Shown here: positions 1 to 9,647 of the stretch, in pieces | Layout: each line of letters starts with the position of its first letter | Numbering within the stretch: the first letter of the stretch is position 1 | Origin: an uncultured bacterium | GTDB lineage: Bacteria; UBA8481 | DNA: 64,000 nucleotides | NCBI GenBank assembly: GCA_964499705.1 | Contig: CAZCME010000003.1 | Location: 186,001-250,000 of the forward strand | Direction: 5' to 3' | Notes under the pieces: model-generated | Told to the model about the DNA's origin: nothing | The model's database searches: none | What the model saw: only the letters and a program-made list of their open reading frames with translations | Program-made: the position numbers and the translations under genes

Positions 1-25
1 CGAAAAGCAAATTGAGGAGGGGTCC

Positions 26-820
26 ATGAGTCCAGGTCAGAAGATCGCCACCGCGGTCGTGGTGGGTATCGTTGTCGTGTTGACGGGTGCGTATGCGCTT
101 ATTGCCATGGAGCGAAGCAATGGCTCGTTGGAAAGCGAGTCCGCGACGGACACGCAGGCGGTGACTCCATCGGAAACGATCGCGTCGGCGATGCCATTGC
201 ATATCGAGGCGACCAGTCCGGATATGACGACCGTGACGCCACGTTCATCCTCGGCGCGCCGCGCATCCGTTACGACAACATCGAACGCGAATGTCAAGAC
301 CGATGCCGTGATGAAGGCGGCACCCATGATTGCCGCGGGAACAACCGTGGACGTGAAGATTCAGACGCACGTTTCTTCGCGCAATGCCAAGGTCGGCGAT
401 CGGGTCGAGGCTGTCACGATCAACAACGTCATGATGAACGACAGGATTGTGATACCCGCGGGAACGGCGGTCGTGGGAGAAGTGACGGAAGTCAGGCCCG
501 CAGCGGAGACGAAATCGGCGGCCGTCCTGAAGATCGCCTTCTTCAAGATCGGCGATCATTCGACACGCCTGGCGGTGGTGACCCCGGACCTGGCCGCGCG
601 GGCCCGGACGGCCAATCGCGCCGTGGACGCGGGACTTGTCATCGGTGGAGCGGCCACGGGCGCGGTGATCGGCAACCAGACCGATGCGAAGCATGGCACG
701 GAGATCGGCGCGGTCGTCGGCGGTGTCGCCGGCGGAATCGCCGCGGCCAATATCGGAGCCAACGTCCAGTTGAAGCTCGGCGAGACGGCGACGCTGAAGT
801 TCACCAATGATGTGATGTGA
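26..820 (+). CDS. Membrane-anchored protein with S/T-rich linker, TrbI-like beta region and C-terminal glycine zipper
   Basis: GAGGAG SD; N-terminal TM helix; GAATGAVIG...GAVVGGVAGG glycine zipper. Confidence 0.75.
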   Translation: MSPGQKIATAVVVGIVVVLTGAYALIAMERSNGSLESESATDTQAVTPSETIASAMPLHIEATSPDMTTVTPRSSSARRASVTTTSNANVKTDAVMKAAPMIAAGTTVDVKIQTHVSSRNAKVGDRVEAVTINNVMMNDRIVIPAGTAVVGEVTEVRPAAETKSAAVLKIAFFKIGDHSTRLAVVTPDLAARARTANRAVDAGLVIGGAATGAVIGNQTDAKHGTEIGAVVGGVAGGIAAANIGANVQLKLGETATLKFTNDVM

Positions 821-844
821 GACAAGGGACAGGAGAGAAACGCC

Positions 845-1318
845 ATGTCGGTGCCAGGGGTTCTGCTGATTTCATACCTCATATTTACTCCCGGCCCCCT
901 GGACCGTTATGGCGGCCATCTTGATGTAACGAACGGGGATTATCACGTTCACGCGGGAGGCTCCTACCAGTTCCGGTACGTGGATGCGACAGGGCGCATC
1001 TGGGAAGGACAGGGGCCAAGGCCCGAGGAGAACCTGAGATTTTACGGAGAGGATGTGCTCTGGAGCACGCCGTTCGTTCCGATCGTCGTCGGCACCGTCT
1101 TCGCGGCCATGATCATCGGTTACAAGGCGGATATCTGGCTGCAGCGAAGGCGATACCGCCATGCGATCCGACACCGCATGAGCGAGGTTCAGATGACGAG
1201 GGAGGAAGCCGCGCGGAAATACATCGTTCGTCCCTATGTCAGGTGGCAGGGATCGGAACGCCGGGGCCACGACCGGAGGGCGCGTGAACGTCGCGCCGGA
1301 GACCGCCGCGCCGCGTGA
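845..1318 (+). CDS. Small membrane protein with YHYH-like His motif and Arg-rich tail
   Basis: AGGAG SD; PGPLDRYGGH...GDYHVH motif; TM segment; ERR/DRR repeats. Confidence 0.55.
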   Translation: MSVPGVLLISYLIFTPGPLDRYGGHLDVTNGDYHVHAGGSYQFRYVDATGRIWEGQGPRPEENLRFYGEDVLWSTPFVPIVVGTVFAAMIIGYKADIWLQRRRYRHAIRHRMSEVQMTREEAARKYIVRPYVRWQGSERRGHDRRARERRAGDRRAA

Positions 1319-1330
1319 CGCAGGCGGAGC

Positions 1331-1359
1331 TTGCGGGCCGGAGCTTGATTCCGTAGAAT
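1331..1359 (+). promoter_or_regulatory. sigma70-type promoter for leuC (leaderless)
   Basis: TTGCGG-17-TAGAAT, 7 nt before ATG 1367, no SD. Confidence 0.55.
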
Positions 1360-1366
1360 TCTCATC

Positions 1367-2731
1367 ATGCCAACGCTCACTGAAAAGATCTTCGCCCGCA
1401 AGTCGGGCAAGTCGGCGCTCTCTCCGGGCGACAACGTCTGGGTCAGTGTCGACGTGCTGATGACGCATGATGTCTGCGGACCCGGAACGATCGGCGTCTT
1501 CAAGCGTGAATTCGGCGAAAAGGCGCGTGTCTGGAATCCGGATGCGGTCCTCATGATTCCCGACCACTATATTTTCACCGCCGATTCCAAGTCGAACCGC
1601 AACGTCGACATTCTCCGCGATTTCGCGCGGGAGCAGGGCATTCGCTACTTCTACGATGTCATAGACGACCCGAACGGCCACTGGGTCTTCGACCAGGACA
1701 AGGGCCCGCTGAAGAAGCAGTACGGATCGCATTTCGCCGGAGTCTGCCACACGGCGATGCCGGAAAAAGGGCACGTCCGCCCCGGCGAGATACTCCTGGG
1801 AACCGATTCGCATACGTGCATGGCCGGAGCCTTCAACGAGTTCGCGACCGGGATCGGCAACACGGACGCGGGATTCGTCCTCGGGACGGGCAAGTTGCTC
1901 CTGAAGACCCCTCCCACGCTCCGCTTCATCTTCGACGGCGACCTGAAGCCCGGCGTCATGGCCAAGGACATCATCCTCCATATCATCGGCATGATCGGTT
2001 TCGACGGAGCGACCTATAAGGCGATGGAATATGGTGGCGACGGAGCCGCGCGCCTCAACATGGACGACCGGATGACGATCGCGAACATGGCGATCGAAGC
2101 CGGCGGCAAGAACGGAATCTTCCCGTTCGATGATGTGACGAAGGAATTCGTCCGGGAAGCCTGCAGTCGCAATGGAACGAAGGCGACCTATGAACCCGTC
2201 GAACAGGACCTGGATGCTCCGGTCGAGGCCGAATACCGGATCAATCTCTCCGACCTCGAACCCGTGGTGGCGCTGCATCCCAATCCGGGCAACCGCAAGC
2301 TGGCGCGCGAATGCCGCGACATCAAGCTGGACCGCGCCTACATCGGCTCGTGCACCGGCGGCAAGACATCCGACTTTCTCGCCTTTGCCCAGGTCATCAA
2401 GGGGAGGTCCGTCAGGATCCCGACTTTCGGCGTTCCCGCGACCCCGACCGTGCTCGACGAACTGCAGTCGACCGTCTGGGATGGAAAGTCCGTCTGGCAG
2501 ATCATGGCCGACGCCGGCGTGACGCTATCCGAAAACGCGTCCTGCGCCGCCTGTCTCGGCGGCCCCGAGGATACCTTTGGGCGGATGAACACGCCGATGA
2601 CCTGCATCAGCGCCACGAACAGGAACTTCCCCGGAAGAATGGGCCATATCGATTCGCGCGTGATTCTGGCGTCCCCTCTGACCGTGGCGGCGTCGGCGTT
2701 GACAGGATATGTAACCGATCCGCGGGGATAA
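1367..2731 (+). CDS. leuC: 3-isopropylmalate dehydratase large subunit (aconitase family)
   Basis: TLTEKI start, DSHT, GSCTGG and CAACLGG 4Fe-4S ligands, TNRNFPGRMG. Confidence 0.93.
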   Translation: MPTLTEKIFARKSGKSALSPGDNVWVSVDVLMTHDVCGPGTIGVFKREFGEKARVWNPDAVLMIPDHYIFTADSKSNRNVDILRDFAREQGIRYFYDVIDDPNGHWVFDQDKGPLKKQYGSHFAGVCHTAMPEKGHVRPGEILLGTDSHTCMAGAFNEFATGIGNTDAGFVLGTGKLLLKTPPTLRFIFDGDLKPGVMAKDIILHIIGMIGFDGATYKAMEYGGDGAARLNMDDRMTIANMAIEAGGKNGIFPFDDVTKEFVREACSRNGTKATYEPVEQDLDAPVEAEYRINLSDLEPVVALHPNPGNRKLARECRDIKLDRAYIGSCTGGKTSDFLAFAQVIKGRSVRIPTFGVPATPTVLDELQSTVWDGKSVWQIMADAGVTLSENASCAACLGGPEDTFGRMNTPMTCISATNRNFPGRMGHIDSRVILASPLTVAASALTGYVTDPRG

Positions 2732-2768
2732 AACCCCCGATCCCAACCTCATTTCGAATTGATCCCTG

Positions 2769-3740
2769 TCATGCCGATAACTTGGCTTCATTTTGGGAGT
2801 TGGGAGTTGGGATTTGGGAGTTTCCCCCTCCCCACCGGAACTTCGGCAGCAGTTCCTGATGCGTGAGATAGGCTCCCATTAAGAGCATCATGGCGGCGAA
2901 GAGCGCCCAGGTGATGAACGTGACCGAAACGGAAAAGGCTCCGTACACTTCCCGAAGTTGCAGGAGCGGCAGGCAGAGCACGTATATGTGCTTGCCGATC
3001 TCGAAGACGACTCCCGCGAACAAGGCGGCGGGCACGACCTCCTCCATCTTCATCTTGCGCTTCGGCAGAACGGTGTACGTGATCGCGAAAGCGAGGACGG
3101 TGAAGGGGATCGTGAAGATCTTCATGAAGAACCACTCCACCATCTTCAGAAATGCCGTTCCTTTCAGGAAGAAGAAGACGAATTCGAGCGCGCTCGTGAC
3201 GAGCCAGGTGAGCGAAACGGGCACGAGCGTCATGAGGATGAAGAAGAAGAGCAGGCCGAAGGAGAGGAGCTGGGACATCGCCCAGTGCCGGCCGTCCTTT
3301 TCCTTCCAGACATAGTTCAGGGCGAGTTCCACGGGGACGAAGATGCCGACGGCGCTGAACAGGAGGATCGCCAGCGACAGGAGCGTCATGCCCGAGAAGT
3401 TGCGGGAGACGGTCGCGATCTGCCCCTGGAAGAAGGCTTGGTTGGCGGGAATGTAGTCGACGATGGCCGAAAGCGCGGCCTGGTAGAGCCCGGGGCCTCC
3501 CAGGAGATGGACGAGCGTCAGGACGACGATGGCGGCCGGGAAGAAGGCGATGAGGACATTGAAGGCGATGGCGGAGGCGTACGTGTAGATTTCATTCGAG
3601 AGAAGAAAATCCACGGCGTGGAAGACTTTCACATAGGTGGTTTTACGGAGAAAAATCCGCAGCGCGGGGCCGAGGATGCCCTTCAGCCTTCCAAGAAACG
3701 ATTGACTTTGCCCGGGCACGGACGGAGAATTTATCGACAT
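2769..3740 (-). CDS. YihY/BrkB-family inner membrane protein
   Basis: ASAIAFN..FFP, LNYVW, YGAFS motifs; about 6 TM helices. Confidence 0.85.
   Translation of the reverse strand: MSINSPSVPGQSQSFLGRLKGILGPALRIFLRKTTYVKVFHAVDFLLSNEIYTYASAIAFNVLIAFFPAAIVVLTLVHLLGGPGLYQAALSAIVDYIPANQAFFQGQIATVSRNFSGMTLLSLAILLFSAVGIFVPVELALNYVWKEKDGRHWAMSQLLSFGLLFFFILMTLVPVSLTWLVTSALEFVFFFLKGTAFLKMVEWFFMKIFTIPFTVLAFAITYTVLPKRKMKMEEVVPAALFAGVVFEIGKHIYVLCLPLLQLREVYGAFSVSVTFITWALFAAMMLLMGAYLTHQELLPKFRWGGGNSQIPTPNSQNEAKLSA
2793..2820. repeat. 4x TTGGGAG/T heptamer tandem repeat
   Basis: ttgggag ttgggag ttgggat ttgggag read directly. Confidence 0.85.
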
Positions 3741-3742
3741 CG

Positions 3743-4285
3743 ATGGATCATATTAACATACATAGGATCGCCGGGAAGGTGTTTGTTGTCGGGGACAACG
3801 TCGATACCGACCAGATCATCCCGGCCAAATACTTGAGCCTCGTCCCGACGATCCCCGAGGAATACGATAAGCTCGGTTCCTATGCCATGATAGGTGTGCC
3901 TGGGGAGACGCGATACGTGGCCGAGGGCAGGATGAAGACGGAATACCCGATCGTCATAGCCGGCCGCAATTTCGGTTGCGGTTCCTCCCGGGAACATGCG
4001 CCCATCGCGCTCGGCGCCTCCGGTTGCCGCGTCGTGGTCGCCGAATCCTTCGCTCGCATCTTCTTCCGGAACTGCATCGCCACGGGCGAGCTGTATCCGG
4101 TGGAACGCGCGGCTCGAGAGACGGGCTTGTCCACGGGCGATGAGGCGGTACTGGACCTGGATACCGGCAAGCTGACCGCATCGAACGGCCGCGTGATTGA
4201 ACTCCTGCCCTTGGGCGAGGCTCTCCCCGTGATCGATGCCGGCGGCATCTTCACGTACTCGCGCCAGAGCGGGCTTCTCGGGTGA
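3743..4285 (+). CDS. leuD: 3-isopropylmalate dehydratase small subunit
   Basis: DNVDTDQIIPA, NFGCGSSREHA, SFARIFFRN. Confidence 0.93.
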   Translation: MDHINIHRIAGKVFVVGDNVDTDQIIPAKYLSLVPTIPEEYDKLGSYAMIGVPGETRYVAEGRMKTEYPIVIAGRNFGCGSSREHAPIALGASGCRVVVAESFARIFFRNCIATGELYPVERAARETGLSTGDEAVLDLDTGKLTASNGRVIELLPLGEALPVIDAGGIFTYSRQSGLLG

Positions 4286-4872
4286 AGCAGTTGGATTTCT
4301 CCATCATCATACCGAAAATGCGGGAAGCCGTTCAGGAATATCTGAAGCGGAAGATCTCCCAGGGAAAAACCATGACGGAACGCGACGCGACGCTCCGGTG
4401 GCTCGAACGGCACTACGAAGAGTGGCTCGCTTCCCAGATCGGATTCGCGGAACGGGAGACCGGGCTTCCCGACACGCGAACCGCGGAGGAAAAGCGCCGA
4501 CATGCCCGCGTGCCGATCGAGATTTCCGCATACTACCGCGTGCTCTGGACACCGAAGTCCGACGCCGTTCCCGCCAGTCCCCTGACCGAAGTCGCGCGCG
4601 TGCGGAACATGTCCGCCGGCGGACTGTACATCGTGACCGGACGCGCCTATCCGGTCTCGACGCTCATGGAGATCCAGTTCGAGCTTCCGACCGTCACCGA
4701 ATCGATCTCCGCTTTCTCCATGGTCGTCTGGCGCGAGGAGTGCGGAACCGGCCGCTACGGCCACGGGCTCCACTTCTCCCACATCGAATCCCACGATGTC
4801 GATCTCATCAACGAGGTTCTGATGGAGCGCCTGCTGGATGCGCCCGTCGTGAACCTCACGACGACGAGGTAA
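4282..4872 (+). CDS. PilZ-domain c-di-GMP receptor with DUF4032-like N-terminus
   Basis: RRHAR (RxxxR) and NMSAGG (D/NxSxxG); GTGA overlap with leuD. Confidence 0.85.
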   Translation: MKQLDFSIIIPKMREAVQEYLKRKISQGKTMTERDATLRWLERHYEEWLASQIGFAERETGLPDTRTAEEKRRHARVPIEISAYYRVLWTPKSDAVPASPLTEVARVRNMSAGGLYIVTGRAYPVSTLMEIQFELPTVTESISAFSMVVWREECGTGRYGHGLHFSHIESHDVDLINEVLMERLLDAPVVNLTTTR

Positions 4873-5615
4873 TGAACGCGCCGGTCATCGTCTTCGATCT
4901 GGACGACACGCTTCTTGACACGGGTCCCTGCTTCAACGACGCCATCGACGAATTCATCGAAGGAGTGAGGGACCATTTTCACGGGGCGTTCGATGCGGAG
5001 GAAATCCGGCGTGTGCAGGAAGAGACCGATGTGCCGTCGCAGGCTGGGGGAGGCTTTGACGCGACGCGATTCCCGAAATCCTTCGTGGCGACGTACCGGC
5101 ATTTCTGCCGGGAACGAAACACGGAGCCGGACAGCGCCTCGGAAAAGCGATGGTACAAGCTCGGGTGGGATGCCTTCAACAAGGTGCCCGAGATCTATGA
5201 AGACGCCCTGCACGTCCTGGAGTCGCTCCGCGGCCGCGCCGATCTCCGGCTCTACACGCTCGGCGTGGAGGAGACGCAGAGCGCCAAGATCCTGGCGCAT
5301 GGCCTCGACAGGATCTTCTCCAGGACGCACATCGTCTCCCGCAAGGATGCCGCGGCGCTTCATGCGATGACTTCCGATGCCGCTCCGTCGAGCATCGCCG
5401 TCGTCGGCGATTCGATCCGGTACGAGATCAATCCCGCCCTGGAGCTCGGATACTTCGCGATTCACATCCGGAAGGAGAACCCGTGGAAACACATGATCGT
5501 ACCGCCCGTTTCCGAGGAATACCATGAAGCGGAAAACCTGACGCAGGCGCGTGCGATCCTGGAGGAACAATTTCTGGCGCCGGTTCTTTCGCCGGCGGCC
5601 GGCGGAGAGGCTTGA
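4872..5615 (+). CDS. HAD-superfamily hydrolase
   Basis: VFDLDDTL motif I, VVGDS motif IV; start reassigned to ATG 4872 (TAATG overlap). Confidence 0.88.
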   Translation: MNAPVIVFDLDDTLLDTGPCFNDAIDEFIEGVRDHFHGAFDAEEIRRVQEETDVPSQAGGGFDATRFPKSFVATYRHFCRERNTEPDSASEKRWYKLGWDAFNKVPEIYEDALHVLESLRGRADLRLYTLGVEETQSAKILAHGLDRIFSRTHIVSRKDAAALHAMTSDAAPSSIAVVGDSIRYEINPALELGYFAIHIRKENPWKHMIVPPVSEEYHEAENLTQARAILEEQFLAPVLSPAAGGEA

Positions 5616-5634
5616 ACTTGAAGCGGGGAGGACG

Positions 5635-6504
5635 ATGACGATCGAAAGGCTCGACGTCAGGGAACTCCTGAAATCGGCGTCGCGCCTGCCGACGCTTCCC
5701 GCGATCGCGATGGAGATCGTGAAGGTATCGAACGATCCGCATACGGCCGCGGAGGATATCTCCAGGCTGCTGGCCATGGATCAATCGCTCTCCGCCCGCA
5801 TCCTCCGCATGGTCAACTCCTCCTACTACGGCGTCAGAAATTCCGTTTCCTCCATTCGCCAGGGCGTCGTGATCCTGGGATTCGAAACGGTCCGGACGCT
5901 CGCGATGTCCACGGCCATCATGGACAAGTTCACCTCCGAAGACGGCGATGCCGCGGCGCGCTCCGAGTTCTGGAAGCATTCCCTCGGCGTGGCCATGGCC
6001 GCTCGCGTCCTGGCCCGGCACCTGAAGAAAGGAAACGACGAACAGGAACTTTTCTACATGGCCGGACTTCTGCACGACATCGGCAAGGTGATCCTCGACC
6101 AGTATTTTCATGAAACCCACCGGGAGATCCTGAGGCGCGCCGCCGAACGCGGTGAATCCTATTACGCGGCCGAGCGGGAAGTGAACTCGATATCGCACGA
6201 TGAAATCGGAGCTTTTCTCGCGCAGCAGTGGGGACTGCCGCCGGCGATCGTCAGCGCGATCCGCCATCATCACGACCCGATGAAGGCTCCGGGTGATTTC
6301 GCGGTCGTCGATGCCGTGCACTTCGCGAATATCCTGACGAAGATCAAGGCGCTGGGTAGCGGAGGAGACGACGACATCACGGGATTGTCGGAGGAATCCG
6401 TGGCGCGCCTAGGGCTTTCCGAGAGCGATGTCGCCGTTGTGGCGGAAGTGGAACTTCCGCATGAATTCGAAGGGGCTAAGGAACTACTGGCTTTATTGGA
6501 TTGA
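5635..6504 (+). CDS. HDOD-domain signalling protein
   Basis: LPTLP, DQSLSARILRMVNS, FWKHS, AGLLHDIGK, HHH; GGAGG SD before ATG 5635. Confidence 0.92.
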   Translation: MTIERLDVRELLKSASRLPTLPAIAMEIVKVSNDPHTAAEDISRLLAMDQSLSARILRMVNSSYYGVRNSVSSIRQGVVILGFETVRTLAMSTAIMDKFTSEDGDAAARSEFWKHSLGVAMAARVLARHLKKGNDEQELFYMAGLLHDIGKVILDQYFHETHREILRRAAERGESYYAAEREVNSISHDEIGAFLAQQWGLPPAIVSAIRHHHDPMKAPGDFAVVDAVHFANILTKIKALGSGGDDDITGLSEESVARLGLSESDVAVVAEVELPHEFEGAKELLALLD

Positions 6505-6566
6505 TATTGATCCTGAGTTATTGCTTGTCGGAGTTGCTTACCGCCGCCTGATCGCGACGGCCGGGA

Positions 6567-6767
6567 TCAGACTTCGATTTCCTTGATGGCGTCGCGATCC
6601 GATGGAAGATCCTCGTCGCTCGGCTCGAGATAGGAACTGATGGCTTCCCTGATTCCGGTAAGGGCTTCGTCCTTGGTGCGACCGTCGGCCAGCACTCCGG
6701 GCAGGGAGGGAACGTAGATGAAGAAGTTCCCGTCTTCTGATTTTTCGATCACCACTTTAATATTCAT
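6567..6767 (-). CDS. HicB-family antitoxin-like protein (no adjacent HicA)
   Basis: VPSLPGVLADGRTKDEAL..IREAI pattern; AGGAGG SD, TTG start. Confidence 0.8.
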   Translation of the reverse strand: MNIKVVIEKSEDGNFFIYVPSLPGVLADGRTKDEALTGIREAISSYLEPSDEDLPSDRDAIKEIEV

Positions 6768-6944
6768 TCAACCGCCTCCTGTAAGGCCGAATCTATTTTT
6801 ATTACTCGGCCGGCCTCGTGATACGGGGCTCGTTTCATCTTTTTGTCACGCTGTTTCCCGCCTGTTTCAACGCGCAAGCCGAAACTATGGAATTCCACGG
6901 GACAAGGCAAGTTTTTTTTGGACAAATTCGACGATAATATTTTT

Positions 6945-8018
6945 TCATTTATCCACAAAGCGGTAGAGGCCGTGACGGTCGGTGGCGAGCCAGAGTTTTC
7001 CGAGAGCATCGACCGCGAGAAGCGCCGGCGCCGTTTCCTTCTCCCTGGCCCTGAAATCGCTTGCTTGGCCGATTCGGCGCCATGCTGTTCCGTCGTTGCT
7101 CACGTAAACTTTGCCCGCGCGATACTGAACGACGTAGAGCCCGGCGCCTGTGATCGCGGCGCTGTGCGCGGCGAATTCGACGTCGCGCGACTGCATCATG
7201 TCCTCCGGATCGGGCACGAGCGCGGTCGCGTGCCAGGTCCGTCCACCATCCCGTGATAGAAATCGTCCGATGAGGACGCGGCTGTCTGGTCCGAACGCGA
7301 TCGGCCCGCGCACCGTGTCGCCTTCTTCCGTCACGATCGGATTCCAGGTCATGCCTTCATCCCACGTCTGGTGGGCGCCCGCTCGGAAGAGCTCCGCGAT
7401 CATGTGATCTCCGTTGTCCGGATCGGCTTCGATCCGGATCGCGTTGCCGTCCAGTGAAACGCTCCAGTCCTTCCAGAGGTCCGTGTCCCCTGAAAGATTG
7501 GCGCGGCGCCAGATGGGGAGCCCGAGGACGAGCGTTTCCCACGGCATGAGATACGCGCGCGCGCGGCGCGCGGGAGCTCCCGTCAGGTTCTGCGTGGAGA
7601 CGAGAACGCCGGAAGATGACGCCACGAATAATTGTCCGTTCCGGGTCAGCGCCATGCCCACGACGCGCGTGTTCGGAAACTGGCCGATCATCGCGAAGCT
7701 CTGCGCGCGGTCGTTGGAGCGCAGAAGATATCCGAGGTCCGTCACCGCATAGATTTCCGCGATGCCGTCCGCGCCGGCCAGGGAGATGATCTCCGGGTCG
7801 CCTGGCAAATCGGCGGACGGGCGGTGGAATCTCTTGAAATCCGTCGAGACGAAGAGCCCGCGGTCCGTCGCGTAGACGGACACGTCAGTGTCGAACATGA
7901 GGTCGCGCGCCGAGGAAGGCGTGAAGAAGACGCGGCTCCATGATGCGCCGCCTGTGGGCACGGTTTCACAGGCTGTGAAGATAAGGAGAAGCGTGATTCC
8001 CGTCAGAAGGCGCGGCAT
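6945..8018 (-). CDS. Beta-propeller lipoprotein with BNR/Asp-box repeats
   Basis: Lipobox FTAC; SNDRAQSF, TWDEGMTW, SRDGGRTW, SNDGTAW. Confidence 0.8.
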   Translation of the reverse strand: MPRLLTGITLLLIFTACETVPTGGASWSRVFFTPSSARDLMFDTDVSVYATDRGLFVSTDFKRFHRPSADLPGDPEIISLAGADGIAEIYAVTDLGYLLRSNDRAQSFAMIGQFPNTRVVGMALTRNGQLFVASSSGVLVSTQNLTGAPARRARAYLMPWETLVLGLPIWRRANLSGDTDLWKDWSVSLDGNAIRIEADPDNGDHMIAELFRAGAHQTWDEGMTWNPIVTEEGDTVRGPIAFGPDSRVLIGRFLSRDGGRTWHATALVPDPEDMMQSRDVEFAAHSAAITGAGLYVVQYRAGKVYVSNDGTAWRRIGQASDFRAREKETAPALLAVDALGKLWLATDRHGLYRFVDK

Positions 8019-8105
8019 GGATGCATGATACAGAGGTTTATTCGCTCGTGTCGATGGGATCCCGGATTTTCAATGGCGTTCTGTAATGTCGAAAACCGAT
8101 GACGC

Positions 8106-8385
8106 CTACAGTGAGTTCACCGTCGCGACGGTTTTCCTCCGCCTCTGCCACATCGTGATGAGGTAGGCCGACGCCATGTAGGAAGTGACCGCGGAAGCGA
8201 CGCTAAAGTCCGTCTCCGTTTTCGGTCGCGAGGACGGTTCCCAATACGCTCAGTGTGAGAAAGCTCTCAACGCCGGCAAGCATGGCCGTCGTCGCGGCTT
8301 TCCCTTCGATGAGGAGGATCGTCCTGTATTCGCAGATCAGATTCTGAAGAAAGCCCGCCGCAAAAATAACCGCTGCTGTAATCAT
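8106..8385 (-). pseudogene. DUF5698/DUF2179-like small membrane protein, frameshifted at ~8205-8207
   Basis: ORF stops at 8203; removing one base of the A3 run continues into a hydrophobic helix and basic tail (LSVASAVTSYMASAYLITMWQRRRK) ending at 8106. Confidence 0.55.
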
Positions 8386-8554
8386 GATGGCACCTCGCAT
8401 TCCTATTGTAAGGGGGTGCCTCGAACGCCATTCTGGTAACTCCTCAACCGCGGCCGGGATCTCCTGCCCAATCAGAGCGGGAATCCGAGTTGACAGCTAA
8501 ATCCAGGGAATCCATGTACTCAAGAATTCTCAAGGAAGACTTGCGGGAAGATTC

Positions 8555-9487
8555 TTACCGGCGATATTCGAGGTCGTCGTCCGTGCCCATGACGCGGTCC
8601 GGTCCACTCGAAACAATCACAAATCCCTTTCCATCATCGATCCGTTCATACTCGTAGGATTGTTTCCAGTTATCGAGGATGTTGCCGACACCGGCTTCAG
8701 CGAGCGATTGGGGATAAAGGCCATCATGTTGCGCGGCCCAGACTTCCAGCGGCGTGGAGATATTCCGCATCTCGGCAAGGCTCGCAACCCGCCGCGCCTT
8801 CTGAAGAGCGACGACGAAATTGACGAGACTGCATTCCAGCACGGCGTCCACATCTTTTTGAGATAACTGGGAGGGAGCCGTCGGCGCGGCGTTTGTCGCG
8901 ATCGTCGTTCCCTGCTTTTCACCGACGGTCACATCGCCGCTGGCTCCTGTCACCGCCACGTTTCCGGCCAGGACCCTTACGCGCGTCTGATCGGGCGCCG
9001 CGGTCACGTCGAACTCCGTGCCGCGAATCACCGCTCCGGCCGTCGGCGTCGTCACCTTGTACTCGGTGTTCGCCCCGAGCTTATCGAAGCGATGCAGCAG
9101 GCGTCCGGCATCGACCTTCACGTGAATGCGGACATTCTCGCCGGTCTGGTTGTTCTCCTCGATCGTGATCTCCGTGCCGGGCTTCAAGCGGATGGCGCCT
9201 TTCGCGGTCACCAGGATGTCCGCTTCTCCGTCGGCGCCCGCCCGCAATTTCGATCCGGCAAGAACGCCGTCCTTAACGGCCAGAGGTTTCCACTCGGTCT
9301 CGCCCGGTCGCATGATTTCAACCGTCCCCTTCACCATGGTGGCAAGTCCTTCGACGGGGGCGGCGGTTGTTGCCGCGGCTTCCGTGACGGCCGCGGTTTC
9401 GGCGGCGGTGGTCGAAGGAGCGGACGATTTAGCGCAGGATACGGTCAGAAACAGGAGCGCGCAGAGCGCGGATAGGCCTTTGTTCAT
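8555..9487 (-). CDS. Lipoprotein: FecR domain fused to C-terminal GspG/T2SSG-like pseudopilin globular domain
   Basis: Lipobox TVSC; VTTPTAGAVIRGTEF (FecR); YPQSL...DNWKQSYEY...SSGPD..GTDDD (T2SSG-like). Confidence 0.8.
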   Translation of the reverse strand: MNKGLSALCALLFLTVSCAKSSAPSTTAAETAAVTEAAATTAAPVEGLATMVKGTVEIMRPGETEWKPLAVKDGVLAGSKLRAGADGEADILVTAKGAIRLKPGTEITIEENNQTGENVRIHVKVDAGRLLHRFDKLGANTEYKVTTPTAGAVIRGTEFDVTAAPDQTRVRVLAGNVAVTGASGDVTVGEKQGTTIATNAAPTAPSQLSQKDVDAVLECSLVNFVVALQKARRVASLAEMRNISTPLEVWAAQHDGLYPQSLAEAGVGNILDNWKQSYEYERIDDGKGFVIVSSGPDRVMGTDDDLEYRR

Positions 9488-9533
9488 GGGAGCATTGTAG
9501 CATAAGGCCCGGCAGTGACGCATGGAAAATACG

Positions 9534-9647
9534 CGGAAGTTCCCGATCAAACTTCCCATTCCTTTCGATTTCGGATTCTATCAAACCCAAATCCTGCCCA
9601 TCCTGCCCATCCTGTTAATTTCCCGCTATCGGATGGGAAATGTGCTG
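9534..9647. mobile_element. Internally deleted, degenerate copy of the CAGAAGTTC MITE family
   Basis: cggaagttcccgatcaaa left end; 9572-9637 closely matches 50905-50961. Confidence 0.6.

Noticed and set aside
6949-6957. Perfect DnaA box TTATCCACA
   Set aside because: Single copy inside coding sequence (FVDK); insufficient alone.
8465-8515. ydaO/c-di-AMP or SAM-I riboswitch-like words (ATCAGAGCGGG, GACAGCTAAATCC)
   Set aside because: Only fragments match, the core helices are missing, and the words lie on the strand opposite the flanking genes.
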